A stretch of DNA of 64,000 nt from Convolutriloba macropyga (lineage: Eukaryota): NCBI RefSeq assembly GCF_964194025.1, contig NW_027450442.1:1-64000 (forward strand), given 5' to 3'. Of the stretch, positions 1 to 10,597 are shown in pieces. Positions within the stretch are counted from its first letter, which is position 1. Each line of letters starts with the position of its first letter. A model generated the notes under the pieces. That model was not told where the DNA came from, ran no database searches, and saw nothing but the letters and a program-made list of their open reading frames with translations. The translations under genes were made by a program, and so were the position numbers.

Positions 1-1540
1 GAGAGTTTGCTCCACAAGACACATCGTTGTACTGAGTACCTCGTCTGTGAGGCTTCGGTTGTCCAAGATTGCAATCATCACTTTCTTGCAACTTTGAACC
101 AGTCTTTCCCAGATTCCACCAAAGTGTGGCGCTCCAGGAGGGTTGAATTTCCAAACTATCTTTTTCTGAGCTAAGTCACTTTCAATCTTAGCTTTGTCCC
201 ATTCGTCCATGAATGCTTTGAGTTCTATGGCTGCTCCAACGAAGTTCGTGCCGTTGTCGCTGATGATGGTACTTGGGTAGCCACGTCGTGCGATGAATCT
301 TGTCACTGCCGCTAGACATGACTCGGTGTCCAATGACTGTGCAACTTCGATGTGTACTGCTCTGGTTGTCAGACAAGTGAAGAGGCAGCACCATCTCTTC
401 AATGTACGTCGTAGGAACTTCACTTCTATGGGTCCGAAGTAGTCGACTCCGGTATGGGTGAATGGGAAAACATGTTCATCAAGTCGTTCTCGTGGTAGGT
501 CCGCCATCGGTGGGTGGATTGGGTTGGCGTTCCTGTGTCTGCATTTGATGCATCTGGACTTGATTTTTCGTAACGCATTTCGTATTCCAATGATCCAGTA
601 TTCTTGTTGGAGCATGTTTCTCACGTATTCTGTGCCTTCGTGTAGGTTGTCACGATGAGCTCTCTCCAACAGAAGTTGTACTACTGGATGCTTTGCTGTC
701 AACAGTATTGGATGTTTTGCATTGTAATCGAGGTTTGAATGCTTCAGTCGACCTTTCACTCGAATTGTTCCATCTTCCTCTATGAAGGGTGACAATTTGG
801 CGATGTTCAATGTTTTTGAGATTTCCTTGCTGTTTGTTATCGACTTCGAAACATTCGGGAAGCTTTCGGCTTGAACAAATCGCAACAGAATTTGTTCTGC
901 TCCATGGATCTCCTCAGCTTTGAGAAGTCCCTTCTGCTTCGTCTTGAACCTCATGCAGTAGGCAATAAAGTTTCTGATTCTATTGAAGCTGCTGTATCGG
1001 TCCCAAACAAATGGTTGATGTAGTTTAGTTTCTGCGGCTACAGTACTTGTAGCTTGCTCAGCTTCAATTTTGTTCGCTTGGCACCACGGCTTTGGCCATT
1101 TTTCTTCATCTGTGTGGAGCCATGCCGGCCTGTTTAACCACACGGATTCCTTGAGGCCTTCGATAGACATTCCTCTAGTGCCGATGTCCGCAGGGTTCTC
1201 GATGCCTTTGACATGTCTCCATTGATCCATGGAAGAGCTCTCCAGTATTTCAGCTGCTCTGTTTGCAACAAACACTTGTTGCTTCTTGTGAGCTGATTGT
1301 AGCCACTGTAACACCGTTGATGAATCAGTCCAATGATAGACTTTGTCGATTTTCACGTCATGTTCTCTCAGTATCTGTCTCTTTAGACGAACTCCGTAAA
1401 CGGCGGCTTGAAGTTCTAACTTCGGAATCGTCGTGTGTCTGATAGGTGCTACACGGCATTTTCCAATTACATAGGTTAGTTTTAACGTTGCTTCATCTTG
1501 CAGGTATGCCACTATGCACATCGCTTCTTCTGATGCGTCT
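1..1540 (-). pseudogene. BEL/Pao pol C-terminal part (RNase H and integrase), out of frame with the upstream ORF
   Basis: Manual translation gives DASEEAMCIVAYL...GKCRVAP...WTDSSTVLQW...RFIARRGYPSTIISDNGTNFVG...WKFNPPGAPHFGGIWERLV. Probably absent from the ORF track because it runs off the window. Confidence 0.93.
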
Positions 1541-4500
1541 CAAGTTTGTACATCCGTTTTCGAAATAAAGTCGATTTTTTGACATCGTCCTTATTTCTCT
1601 CAATTCAGAACACCAATCACTGAACAGTTTTGAGTGTTCTGCCGACAATTCTTTGTCCCATGCTTGTCCCATTGCTGCCCAAATGCTTTTGAGCAGAAAC
1701 CGCATTCGTATCGTGAAGGGTGAACATATCCCCAGTGGGTCAAACACTGCTGAGACAAAGGATAGGACAATTCTCTGAGTTCTTTTTGCTGGAACCTCTT
1801 GCTCAGTTCCACGACAGACAATGAGACTATCTGTTTCCACATTCCAGTTTAGTCTAAGTATTGATGATGATTGAGGTTCAGCTTCGAAAGTTTTCACAAC
1901 TTTCGTTGATCTGTCTGTCTCTGGGATCTGTGACTTGACCTCTTCGTCACTTGCTATCCATTTCGTCAGTTTGAATCCACCTTTGCTGAGTACGTCTCTG
2001 ACTTTCTGGTAGATTTGGATTGCTTCTTGGGGGGTACTGACTGACTTAAGGAAGTCGTCCATGTAGAAGTTGCGTTGAACCGTTCTGACGAGATTTTCGT
2101 CGTTGTTCGCGTTATCTTTCGCCACTTGATGCAAAGCGTAGTTTGCACAAGTTGGCGAGCTCTTCGCCCCAAAAACGTGTCGTGTATACTCGTAAACTTC
2201 TATTCTCTGTTCTGGATTGTCTCTCCAGAGAAAACGTAGGCATCGGCTGTCAGCGCTTGGGACACCAATTTGAAGAAACATCGCTTCTATGTCGGCTGAT
2301 AGCGCTATTTGATGTTCTCGGAATCGAAAAATTATTCCGACCAGACTCTGTAGAAGGTCTGGTCCAGATAGAAGTTTGTCGTTGAGTGCCACACCTTGAT
2401 ACTGGGCTGCCGCATTGCAAACTCTTCTGACTTTCTCCGGTTTATGCGGGTTGATGACGGGGTGATGTGGCAAATACCATTGCAGTTCGTCTCTGGTTTC
2501 GTTCAGTTCAGTTTGATCGACTTTGCGAACGTAACCAGCTTTGACATCGGTGTCAATTGTTTCCTGATAGCGTTGTCGTAACGTATCATCCTTCTGTAGG
2601 CGTCGTTCTAGGGACTTGAGTTGCCCCATTGCAGAGTAGAAGTTGTTCGGCAACTTCACTTCGTCCTCTCGCCACAGAAGTCCAACTTCGTATCTTTCAC
2701 CCGTGAATCGCGTTGTTTGTTCCAACGTCTTGATTGCGCGTTGTTCGTCTTTTGACTGGCCTGTGACATCGCAGTTGGAGGCGTAGGATTCGATGTCCCA
2801 CCACTTACTCAACTGGCTTGCTAGTTTGTCCTCTGACACTGAGGTTGCTGTAGTAGCAAGGGTTGCTGCCTGTTTTGCTGGTAGGGGACCACTTAAGGCC
2901 CATCCTCTTTTCGATTTCACTGCCCACGGTGCAGCCTTGTCATCGGACCTCTTAAACTCTAATGGGTGATGGATGTCATAGCAGTCTTGTCCAAGAATGA
3001 CTTGAACTTCATTAAGATTGTAGCTCTGATTCGGCAAGTTCTTCAAATGTGGGTAGCGGTCTTTCAATTCCTGCAGATCCACCATCTGGTCACCCAACTT
3101 CAGTTTCTCGTGCACATAAAACTGCACTGTTGTCAGTGGTCGTGACTTCTCGTGTGCTGAAACAGCTATCGGCACTATTTCAGTCTTGACGTATTCCGAT
3201 CCGTGGATTCCTGCTACTGACAAGGACGCCTTTCTTCCTTGCAGCTGCAGTGTTGATACGATTGACTTGCCCACGAATGAGATTGAAGATCCTGTATCAC
3301 ACATCGCTAGCACGCTCAGGCTGTGGTTCCCATTTACGAGCTTAATTCGCACTACAGGTAGCCCTCCTTGTGTGATGTTAGTCGCTAATGCTGTTGTAGC
3401 GTCTGAGACACTCGTTGTAGCCTCCTTCTTTGAGAAGTCACTGTGCAAAAGTTTGTTGTGTCGTCGTCCACAATTGGGGACACTGCAAGTTTTACTTCTG
3501 CAATCCCTTGATCGATGACCAGTTCTCAGACAATTGAAACACAGTCTGAGCTTCTGAACTTGCTCTCGTCGTTCATTCAGTTTCATTGATTTGAATTTCT
3601 CACAATTCCAGATCGCGTGCTGTCCATCTTTGAATGGACATTCTGAATTCTTTGGTTTTGTAGAATCTTCAGCATTTGATGCGAATGTACTTGTTTTCGG
3701 TTTTTCCCGACTTTGAAACTTAGAGCTTGTCTGAGCTAACAAGTCCTCATGTATGAAAGCTGTTGATTCTAACCAGTCTTTGAAGACAATCAAGTTTGCT
3801 GCCAGTAGCTGGTGATCCTGTAGGTGACGTAGCCACTGCTCTTTGAGTTGAAGGGAGAGTTTTCTTGTTGCTGAACTCAGAACTCCTTCCGATTCCAGGT
3901 CAGGTTGAAATCCAAGCCTGGTCAAAACGTTTACTGTGTTTGTGACTACGTTTGCAAATCGAACAATGCTACTGGAGTCATCGTGTCTGACTGGTGGATG
4001 AGTGTATATCTTCTTAAGTTGAGCTTCGACTATGACTCTCGGTCTGCCAAACTTCTTGCAGAGAACATCCCAGGCTTGATAATATGACTGTGAGCTGAAG
4101 CCCAATCCCGATATTGCTGCTTTCGCTTGACCCGTGAGGCTGGTCTTCAGATACTGCATCTTCTCAGTATCACTTAGCTTCTTCTGATGAACAATTACAT
4201 CGAAGAGTTCACACCACTCAGGCCACTCTAGAGGATCTCCTGAAAACTCTGTTAACTTCAGTTTTGGTAATCCTCTTGAGCCATCACTTGGCATCTGATA
4301 TATAACTTGTGGTGTGGGTTGGCTCAACGTCGTTTGATTACGATTCTCCATCGATCTGTCGCGGGAGTTGTGTTTGGGACTTTGACTTCTCTGCTTGTTT
4401 TTCACTGTTGACGTTCCTTGCTGTTGAAACGTCGTCCTGGACAAATGCACTGGCGGATCTGCCACCCTAATTGATGTAGGGATTTCTGATCTCTTTAGAA

Positions 4501-4735
4501 AGCTTGGTTCCTGTCGTGGGGCTGAGAAGATTCCTACACCCGGTTGGAACAGCGGGGTAGTTTTCGGGTATGCACTGAACCTTTTGTCAGTTCTGTCCTG
4601 TGTGACATTCTTAGGAGGGTCGACCACAACGTTTGGTGATAGTGGCCGGCTAGGATCGGACTGCTCGGCTACGGATTTGAGCCAGTCCTGCGATATTGCT
4701 GGCTTTTGTCTGGATCTCACACTTTCGATTATCAC
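1493..4735 (-). pseudogene. BEL/Pao gag-protease-reverse transcriptase segment (1080-aa ORF)
   Basis: ORF track: DUF1759-like capsid, CFNCLRTGHRSRDC knuckle, CDTGSSISF protease, NFYMDDFL RT. Ends at a frameshift near 1540. Confidence 0.95.
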
Positions 4736-4757
4736 CTGCTTCTGATCCAGATGCTCT

Positions 4758-5738
4758 TTAGCTTCCCTTAGTCAGTTCCAGTTTTAGAACTCTTTCTTCC
4801 TCATCAGCCTCGGCCTTCTTCCTCTCATTTTCAAGCTCTCGCTCATGCTGCCGCAAGCGCAATTCGTCTTCTTGTTGTGTCAGTTGTAAACGCAACTCTT
4901 CCTCTTGTTGTTGTTGCTGGTGCTGTAATTGTAAGCGTAATTCTTCTTGCCGTCGACGCAATTCTATTTCCTCACGTTCCTTCTCTAGCTGACTTTGACG
5001 CTCTCGCAGCCGTTGATCGGCTTCTTTCTTTGCTCTCATGTTTTCGAGTTCTAAGTTCTCAATCTCGCGCCTCCTTGATGAACGTGAGTTGGCAATACTG
5101 GGTTCTTTTTTGCTTCGGTGCGTTCCAGAATGCCTATAGGTTACTTCAACGTTCTCTTCGACATTTTCTGTCACTCCGTTTCCTGTATCAATTACAGTCT
5201 CGTTTGGGTCCTTATCACCTGCCGATGTAGATGACACCAACGATGTTTGATTTCCACTCTCTACGGTTTGCTGGTACTTTTTAAGTAGATCTGTAAGTTT
5301 GGCCATTTCGATATGAGTTGACATGCGCTTTTGCTCTGGTTTGACAAGTCGGATCACGTCTTTCCAATTAATGACTTCAGTACGATACTATTCAATTTCT
5401 TTGAGTCCTGGTACCTTCTCGATGAGCCATTGCAGTACCTTTTTCCTTTCGCCCAATTTTCGCTCAGTGTCGGCATCGAAACTCTCTAAGTACTTTGGCT
5501 TCAGGAGTTGTCTCTGTTGCTGTCTGTTTTCTTTCAGCTCATCATATGTCTCAAAGAAGCATCGATACACTCTTTCAGCTGTCACTGTTTTATTCTGGGC
5601 TAGTTGTGCTTTTACGGCAGTGTCATGCCGGTCAAAGGTTTCCAGCAATTCGGTTTGCTCCTTTTCTAGCTTCTTGAGTTGGCCTGACATCTTGTAGTCA
5701 GTCGTTTTCCAATGTCTATCGGGGCTCTTTCCAGCCAT
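4758..5738 (-). pseudogene. BEL/Pao gag N-terminal coiled-coil region with premature stops
   Basis: ORFs 5388-5999 and 4758-5357 are in the same frame, separated by one TAG at 5388-5390. E/Q/R-rich coiled coil. Probable start MAGKSPD near 5738; the part of the tracked ORF above about 5896 overlaps the LTR. Confidence 0.8.
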
Positions 5739-5880
5739 CGTAAGAATTTCGTTATGGTCCACCAATTTGAATCGAAGATTCTTTGCTGTTCGTGTCACTG
5801 TTGTCTGGATCACTGTTATCCAGATTACAGCTCTCCGGGTCACTGTTGTCCGGGTATCTGATTCGTGTTGTCGTTGTTGT

Positions 5881-5896
5881 CCGGGTCGGCGGACCA
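5881..5896 (-). promoter_or_regulatory. Primer binding site of the BEL/Pao element (TGGTCCGCCGACCCGG)
   Basis: TGG-initiated motif 2 nt after the LTR end ...GCAACA. Resembles the tRNA-Tyr-type PBS (TGGTCCTTCGAGCCGG) common in BEL elements; the primer tRNA is not verified. Confidence 0.8.
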
Positions 5897-5898
5897 AA

Positions 5899-6892
5899 TG
5901 TTGCGGCTGCTCAAGAATCTCAGCGGAACCCAACTTCGCGGCCTGGTTCTCGAGTTTTACGCCGGCCTGGTTCTTCACTCGGTTGCTATCGACTAACACT
6001 CGCGTAGTAACTATTAGTCGCTCAGTTGTAATAAAGGACTGTAACTTTAATTTTTTGTGATTGAAGTTAAGAAAATCCTTGGTGATAATCTATATCCAAT
6101 CTCGTGCTGAAGTTTGTAAGGCTTCAGCCCAAAGCTAGTACTGTTGCTAACTTCTTGTTAAGAAAGCTCAACTAACTTATAACGCTCGAGATCTTAAGAT
6201 CTAGCAAAACTTAGCGCAAAAGACTAAAGTTGATGAAGAATCAAATTATAGTCAATCTGAGAGCCAACTGCTCCTTATGACAGTTTCTAATGGTTCTAAA
6301 TACAATATGGTTACACTATTCAGACAATTGGGTTAAAGTAAATAATCCGCTAAATATCATTTATAACATCATTGTCACTGATCTCTGATTGGTTAATCGA
6401 ATAAAGTGATTTAAGTCAATGTTTACATAGTAAATGTCAAATTACCGCACTATTTGCTTTTGTTGACATAAGCACTGATGGTACATACGTAACTCTAAAT
6501 GCCTCAAATGTATGACAAATGACCTTTAATAAACACTTAAGGGATCATAGAATTAACAATTTAGCAAAATTAACAATAAATGACAAAATATCCAAAAATG
6601 CACTTTTTGCACCATATAAGTGCTAATAGCATCACTTGTAGGTATGATGCAAGGATGTTCGTTGGGTCCATGGATAGCTTAGGGGTTACCCTAACCGTGT
6701 GCTAAAACCTTGGGTTGCTCAGGTTTTCCCTTCCCAAAATCGGGGGGGGGGTGGACAAATTTTCGGTCCCAACTTGTAAAAATTTTCAGTTTTGACCTTT
6801 TTTGAGTTTTGGCAAAATTTCAAGTTTCTGAGTTTTGATTTCATTTCTGTTGGTCTGATGGCTCATGCTTCTGTTCATTAGGGGCGCTAACA
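5899..6892 (-). repeat. 5' LTR of the BEL/Pao element (about 994 bp)
   Basis: On the minus strand it begins TGTTAGCGCC (6892) and ends GCCGCAACA (5899) just before the PBS. Gypsy coding sequence resumes abruptly at 6893. Confidence 0.85.
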
Positions 6893-9360
6893 ACTATTAT
6901 CGGTAGTTTGGGCAACACACCACTTTAAATACTATCTATTAGGATCTAAATTTGAGCTAATCACAGACCACACAGCTCTACTTTCAGCAATATAACCCAA
7001 CCGGTCCAATAAATCACGTCAAAGCAGACTTACACGATGGTTAGACAAATTACTCCCATATATTTTTACAATCAAGCATTTACCAGGGATGGACATGGTC
7101 TTCACCGATTACTTCAGCAGAAATCCCCACTTAAAACCCCCTCCCATAAGTGCAGATGATGAACTTTTTGTCATAAATAGAATAAGAGAATTTACTTTCA
7201 CACTAATCAACGAAGAAAGAAAGCACAACATTTCAACCAATCAAAACGCTCCATTCGGACAAACACAAAAATCACATGACTTAATTAATGAATTTCAACG
7301 AGCGCAAGACAACGCGAACGCTTTTCGCCATTTATCTAACCACAAACGGTCGCTTTCCTTCTCATTATCCAATTCAACTTTTCAAAATCAAAAACTCTCG
7401 TACAACAATAATCCTACTTCTAACAACAATCCTTCTTCATACAACATTAATCCTTCCTCAAAATTAAACAATTTCCAATCATTTCAATTTTCAAATAACA
7501 TTACTCCACATTCAATTCATAAAAATTCTCATAATCAATACCCAAATTAACGTCGTCACCAGAAAAAAACCTAACTTCAATACTTTCGATAGACCAATAG
7601 TTAAACGTGCCAGAAAACCTAACAGAAGAAAAGCTATGAACCCACTTATTCCAAACATCCCCATCTCTCTTGCCGCCCAAACGGACGCAAACCCACCATA
7701 CTCAAATATAGGCCAAGGCCGAGAACCCATCGATTAATCCAAACATGCACCCTTATTTGAATTCGAAAATGAAATCCCTCCCGATTATCGCCGCAATTTA
7801 TCACGAGTATTTGGCGAAGAACTCTTGGCTGAGGCAACTCTTGGCTTCGCCTTGTAAAAACCCACAAATGGGATGAGTTAAAGCTAATCTCGAAGTACTA
7901 CTACAGTCTCCGCAACGACTTATCCGTGGTCCAATCGGGATGACTATTATATGATGGCAAATTAGTTATCCCTTATCAGCTCCAGAATTTAGTCATTAAT
8001 GCCGTGCATCGCACCCACCCGGGCCAAGTTGGGATGATTAGACTAGCGAACCTTATCTGGTTCCCCCAGATACATCGCATTATCGCACTAAGGGCAGAAA
8101 ATTGCAGACAATGCCTTGACCAAGGTAAGAACCTAAAACCAATAATACCAAAATCAAAACTAGGCCAACTACCTAAACTAAGCGAACCCAATGAAGAAAT
8201 ACAATTAGACTTTGCAGGCCCAATAGTAGACACAAAAAACCCTAACAACGAACACTATATCTTACCGCGGTAGACCGGTTCTCCCGTTACCCATCAGCAG
8301 TCGTACATACGAACTGCGACGCCCAAACAGCAAAGAATTCCTTAACCAATATTGCAAGTTCCATGGCATACCACTCAGCATCCGCTGCGACTAAGCAGAT
8401 GCCTTTAAATCTAGAACTTTTGAAATCTACTGCAAAGAAAAAAACATAAAACACATCTTTTCCCCCACCCACGACCACCGAGCTTTGGGCATGGTGGAAC
8501 GCCTAATACAAACATTAAAACGAAGACTAGCAACGATGAATATCGGTCCCATATGAGACGACATCACCATAGCAGAGAAAATCTCCAAAATAATCGAATC
8601 GATAAGATTTATCCCCAACAGGGTCACAAATCCTAACACAAATGACCTAACATACAACAACATAATATCATTCTACTTAGACAAACGACTACTCCAAAAC
8701 CCCACACTGACGCCGGCGGCAATATGGGACCGGGACACTAATTCTGAGGTCAACTTGGACATCCAATACAAGCCGGAGGACACGGCCCGACAGAACCCAC
8801 CATCCGAGGAATCCAAGACATCAGACTCGTCGGACTCCGACAACGCCCCACTCAAGCCAACCCAATAAAGTACAAAAATTCCGTCTAAATTTAAATTCCA
8901 AATAGGAAATAAGACTACAATAATTGACCAAACACGCCGCAACCTAGCACGTAAAACCATTAGAAGAAAAAACCCCGAATCGAGAGAAACACTAAAACCC
9001 CTATGGTCAATAAAACGAGATGGTACTATCGTTGATTATACTCCCCATACCATAACCTTCGACACCCATAATCGAAAAAACACCGTAATACGCAACAGTG
9101 ACATAGCCATATCCTCGGAAAAACGCCGATTACCCCAGGAACCAAAACCCCAAGAACCTAAACTCCGCCTCATAAACTTCGTTGCCTGTAAAACAGTAGG
9201 CAAATATAATCGTAATAAACGTAGAATAGAGAAATTCTGTTTAGCTGAAAAAGCCCAAACAGCGAAGACATCCCAAACGGGACAGCCTGAAAAGAACGCA
9301 GGCAAAGAAGCCCCATCGGAGCCACAAACAATCAGCGAGACACTCAGTCGAAATACGACT

Positions 9361-10254
9361 ATGGACTCACCAGGACCATCCTCCGCAAGCCACCAGCAAA
9401 GCACGTCAACCCCTACCGATGAAGATGATATCACAACCCCAGTAACAAAGGCAACACTGAACATATCCCCTATAATGACCAAAGCACACCCAAGCCCAGC
9501 ACAAAAGAAGTCAACGAAGAAATCCCCAAAACTAACCCAAAGGGGCCAGCGATCTTCAATAAGGAAAAAAGCGACCGTGTCAGCAGCCCGAAAAACAGCT
9601 AACACGAAGCTAACAAAGGCGAAATTAGCAGCATTGAAGCAGAGCTATGTATTCAACCTAAGCCAAAGCCCAATCAACGTGGACAAACTGGGCAAAAAGA
9701 AGACAACCCGCATCTTCACAGAACATTCTCCAGGGCACTCCAAACCCTTCATTATTGCGGCATCCCCCTCAGCGGTGGACTTCATGATTTCAACTCCCAC
9801 AAGGAGCACAGTCTCCACAATCATTAAGTCACCCTCGCTGCTCAACTTTCGCAAAACTATAGCCGAAGCGACGGTCAAGAAACTTCATGTCAAAAACACA
9901 ACTGCCAACCTCGCATCCACTCTCAATATCGACGACTCCCCTCAACAAACAAACACCAAATACACAACAATCATTGATCTAGCCGACACATCGGATGAAC
10001 CCCAACAAAGCACAACTCCTGGCATCAACCCCAACTGCTCCTCCTTGGGACAAGACATCGTAATCCTTTCATCTGACTCACAAGACTCAAGCCCCTCATT
10101 CCACACTGCATCCGTCCACTCAGTACCCACTCCGACTCTCCTCCCAAAGAACCCAACGCCCAAGGATTGGTCCCCAACACCCCAAGACCCCGAACAGGAA
10201 CCACGCGATCACGAGACTAAAGACAACGCTTCAAATGAAGAAGCCCAACATTGA
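9361..10254 (+). CDS. Ser/Thr/Pro/Lys-rich low-complexity ORF, probably the C-terminal tail of Gypsy pol
   Basis: 297-aa open frame ending 20 nt before the PPT; no recognisable domain. Confidence 0.5.
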   Translation: MDSPGPSSASHQQSTSTPTDEDDITTPVTKATLNISPIMTKAHPSPAQKKSTKKSPKLTQRGQRSSIRKKATVSAARKTANTKLTKAKLAALKQSYVFNLSQSPINVDKLGKKKTTRIFTEHSPGHSKPFIIAASPSAVDFMISTPTRSTVSTIIKSPSLLNFRKTIAEATVKKLHVKNTTANLASTLNIDDSPQQTNTKYTTIIDLADTSDEPQQSTTPGINPNCSSLGQDIVILSSDSQDSSPSFHTASVHSVPTPTLLPKNPTPKDWSPTPQDPEQEPRDHETKDNASNEEAQH

Positions 10255-10273
10255 ACTATCGTCTTCATCTCTC

Positions 10274-10283
10274 AAAGGGGGGA
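10274..10283 (+). promoter_or_regulatory. Polypurine tract of the Gypsy element
   Basis: AAAGGGGGGA immediately before TGTGGTG. Confidence 0.85.
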
Positions 10284-10597
10284 TGTGGTGAGCACCTGGC
10301 TCACACAGTAACCAAGCAACTAAACGTATTAATATAAACTCTTACAAGACTCAAAATGTTATTATATTTCTTCTTCTATTGTTGTAAATACGTAAAGCGC
10401 ATTGTTCACTCTTGCTACTTGGTTGTACCAGTTGTCATTCTTAAACTCCGATCGGAGCGCAATAGCTAAGTGCACTCGGTGTCTTAAGCAAAGAAAAAGA
10501 AGTTCGTTGAAGAGTTAATTCTTATTGCGCTAGTCTTTTTACTGCCTTTGGCTAAACAACAGACGATCACCATCGACGAGATTTGGTGGACACAACA
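10284..10597 (+). repeat. Gypsy 3' LTR (about 314 bp)
   Basis: Starts TGTGGTG after the PPT and ends CACAACA (6/7 inverted match); AATATAAA TATA-like motif near 10331. Confidence 0.8.

Larger units (their letters stand above)
1..6892 (-). mobile_element. BEL/Pao LTR retrotransposon, 5' LTR to integrase, running off the left edge; disabled copy
   Basis: LTR with TGTT...AACA ends (5899-6892), PBS, DUF1759-type gag (PKLKLTEFSGDPLEWPEW), three Cys/His knuckles, protease (CDTGSS), RT (YLPHHPV, ADIEAMF, YMDDF), Pao RNase H (DASEEA, IPKLELQAA, NPADIGTRG) and integrase (GVDYFGP, SDNGTNF, PHFGGIWERLV). Confidence 0.97.
6893..10597 (+). mobile_element. Ty3/Gypsy LTR retrotransposon 3' half (RNase H end, integrase, long tail, PPT, 3' LTR), degraded
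   Basis: LLSVVWATHHFKYYLLGSKFELITDHTALL and SRLTRWLDKLLPY (RNase H); HRTHPG...CRQC zinc finger, QLDFAGP, VDRFSRYP, GMVERLIQTLK (integrase); several stops and frameshifts. Confidence 0.93.

Noticed and set aside
5388-5390. Programmed readthrough of the stop in BEL gag
   Set aside because: The copy has other disabling lesions and BEL gag-pol is normally one ORF; mutation is simpler.
9036-10163. Antisense ORFs opposite the Gypsy tail
   Set aside because: Shadow frames of a strand-biased coding region.
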